Shown: one piece after another, positions 63,838 to 64,000 of the stretch | Position numbering within the stretch: position 1 is the first letter of the stretch | Layout of the letters: every line of letters starts with the position of its first letter | NCBI RefSeq assembly: GCF_018977255.1 | Contig: NW_024704742.1 | Span: forward strand, 98,396,001 to 98,460,000 | Reading direction: 5' to 3' | Source: Callorhinchus milii | Lineage: Eukaryota | DNA: 64,000 nucleotides | The notes under the pieces: generated by a model | The model's input: only the letters and a program-made list of their open reading frames with translations | What the model was told of the DNA's origin: nothing | The model's database searches: none | Translations under genes and position numbers: made by a program

Positions 63838-64000
63838 CAACAACAACAACTTGCTTTTGTATAGCAGCTTTTAGGTAAGATAATGTCTCAGAGTGCTTCA
63901 CAAAAATCAGGTCGGATGCCAAGCAAGATGGATGGGAAAGGGAGGCGTTGACCATAAGTGCATTTAAAGGGGTAGGAGAGATCTAGGAGGGATTTAAAGA
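63838..64000 (-). mobile_element. L2 3' end running off the window
   Basis: (caa)n ttgcttttgtatagcagc tail. Confidence 0.7.

Noticed and set aside
1..64000. Known miRNA or snoRNA genes; strand bias of SINEs indicating host gene direction
   Set aside because: No mature miRNA or box C/D RNA recognised by eye (not exhaustive); family A SINEs are about evenly split between strands

Overview
Vertebrate genomic DNA, AT-rich and repeat-dense. No intact protein-coding gene, rRNA, true tRNA or CRISPR array is recognisable; it reads as a long intron or gene desert. The repeat content suggests a cartilaginous fish, probably a chimaera such as Callorhinchus (inference from remembered consensus sequences, not a database search). 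Repeats seen: tRNA-Ala-headed SINEs with (ATT)n tails, Deu-domain SINEs, L2 LINEs with (TTG)n tails, CR1 fragments, LF-SINE-like elements and a Penelope-type end. ORF-track entries with recognisable protein similarity are L2/CR1 ORF2 remnants; the rest look like chance ORFs or SINE read-throughs. The most unusual signals are long-range inverted repeats in otherwise unique sequence. These are a perfect 40-bp pair 513 bp apart (18098-18137/18651-18690), a 71-bp pair about 780 bp apart (44679-44749/45531-45601), and an 18-bp stem fully paired only as + strand RNA (46807-46897). They are candidate RNA duplexes. Also present: a palindromic MITE family, an unclassified 3'-anchored repeat family, a degenerate hammerhead motif, and nested insertions that order the repeat waves. 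Repeat boundaries were set by eye and are approximate; inverted-repeat arms were counted base by base.
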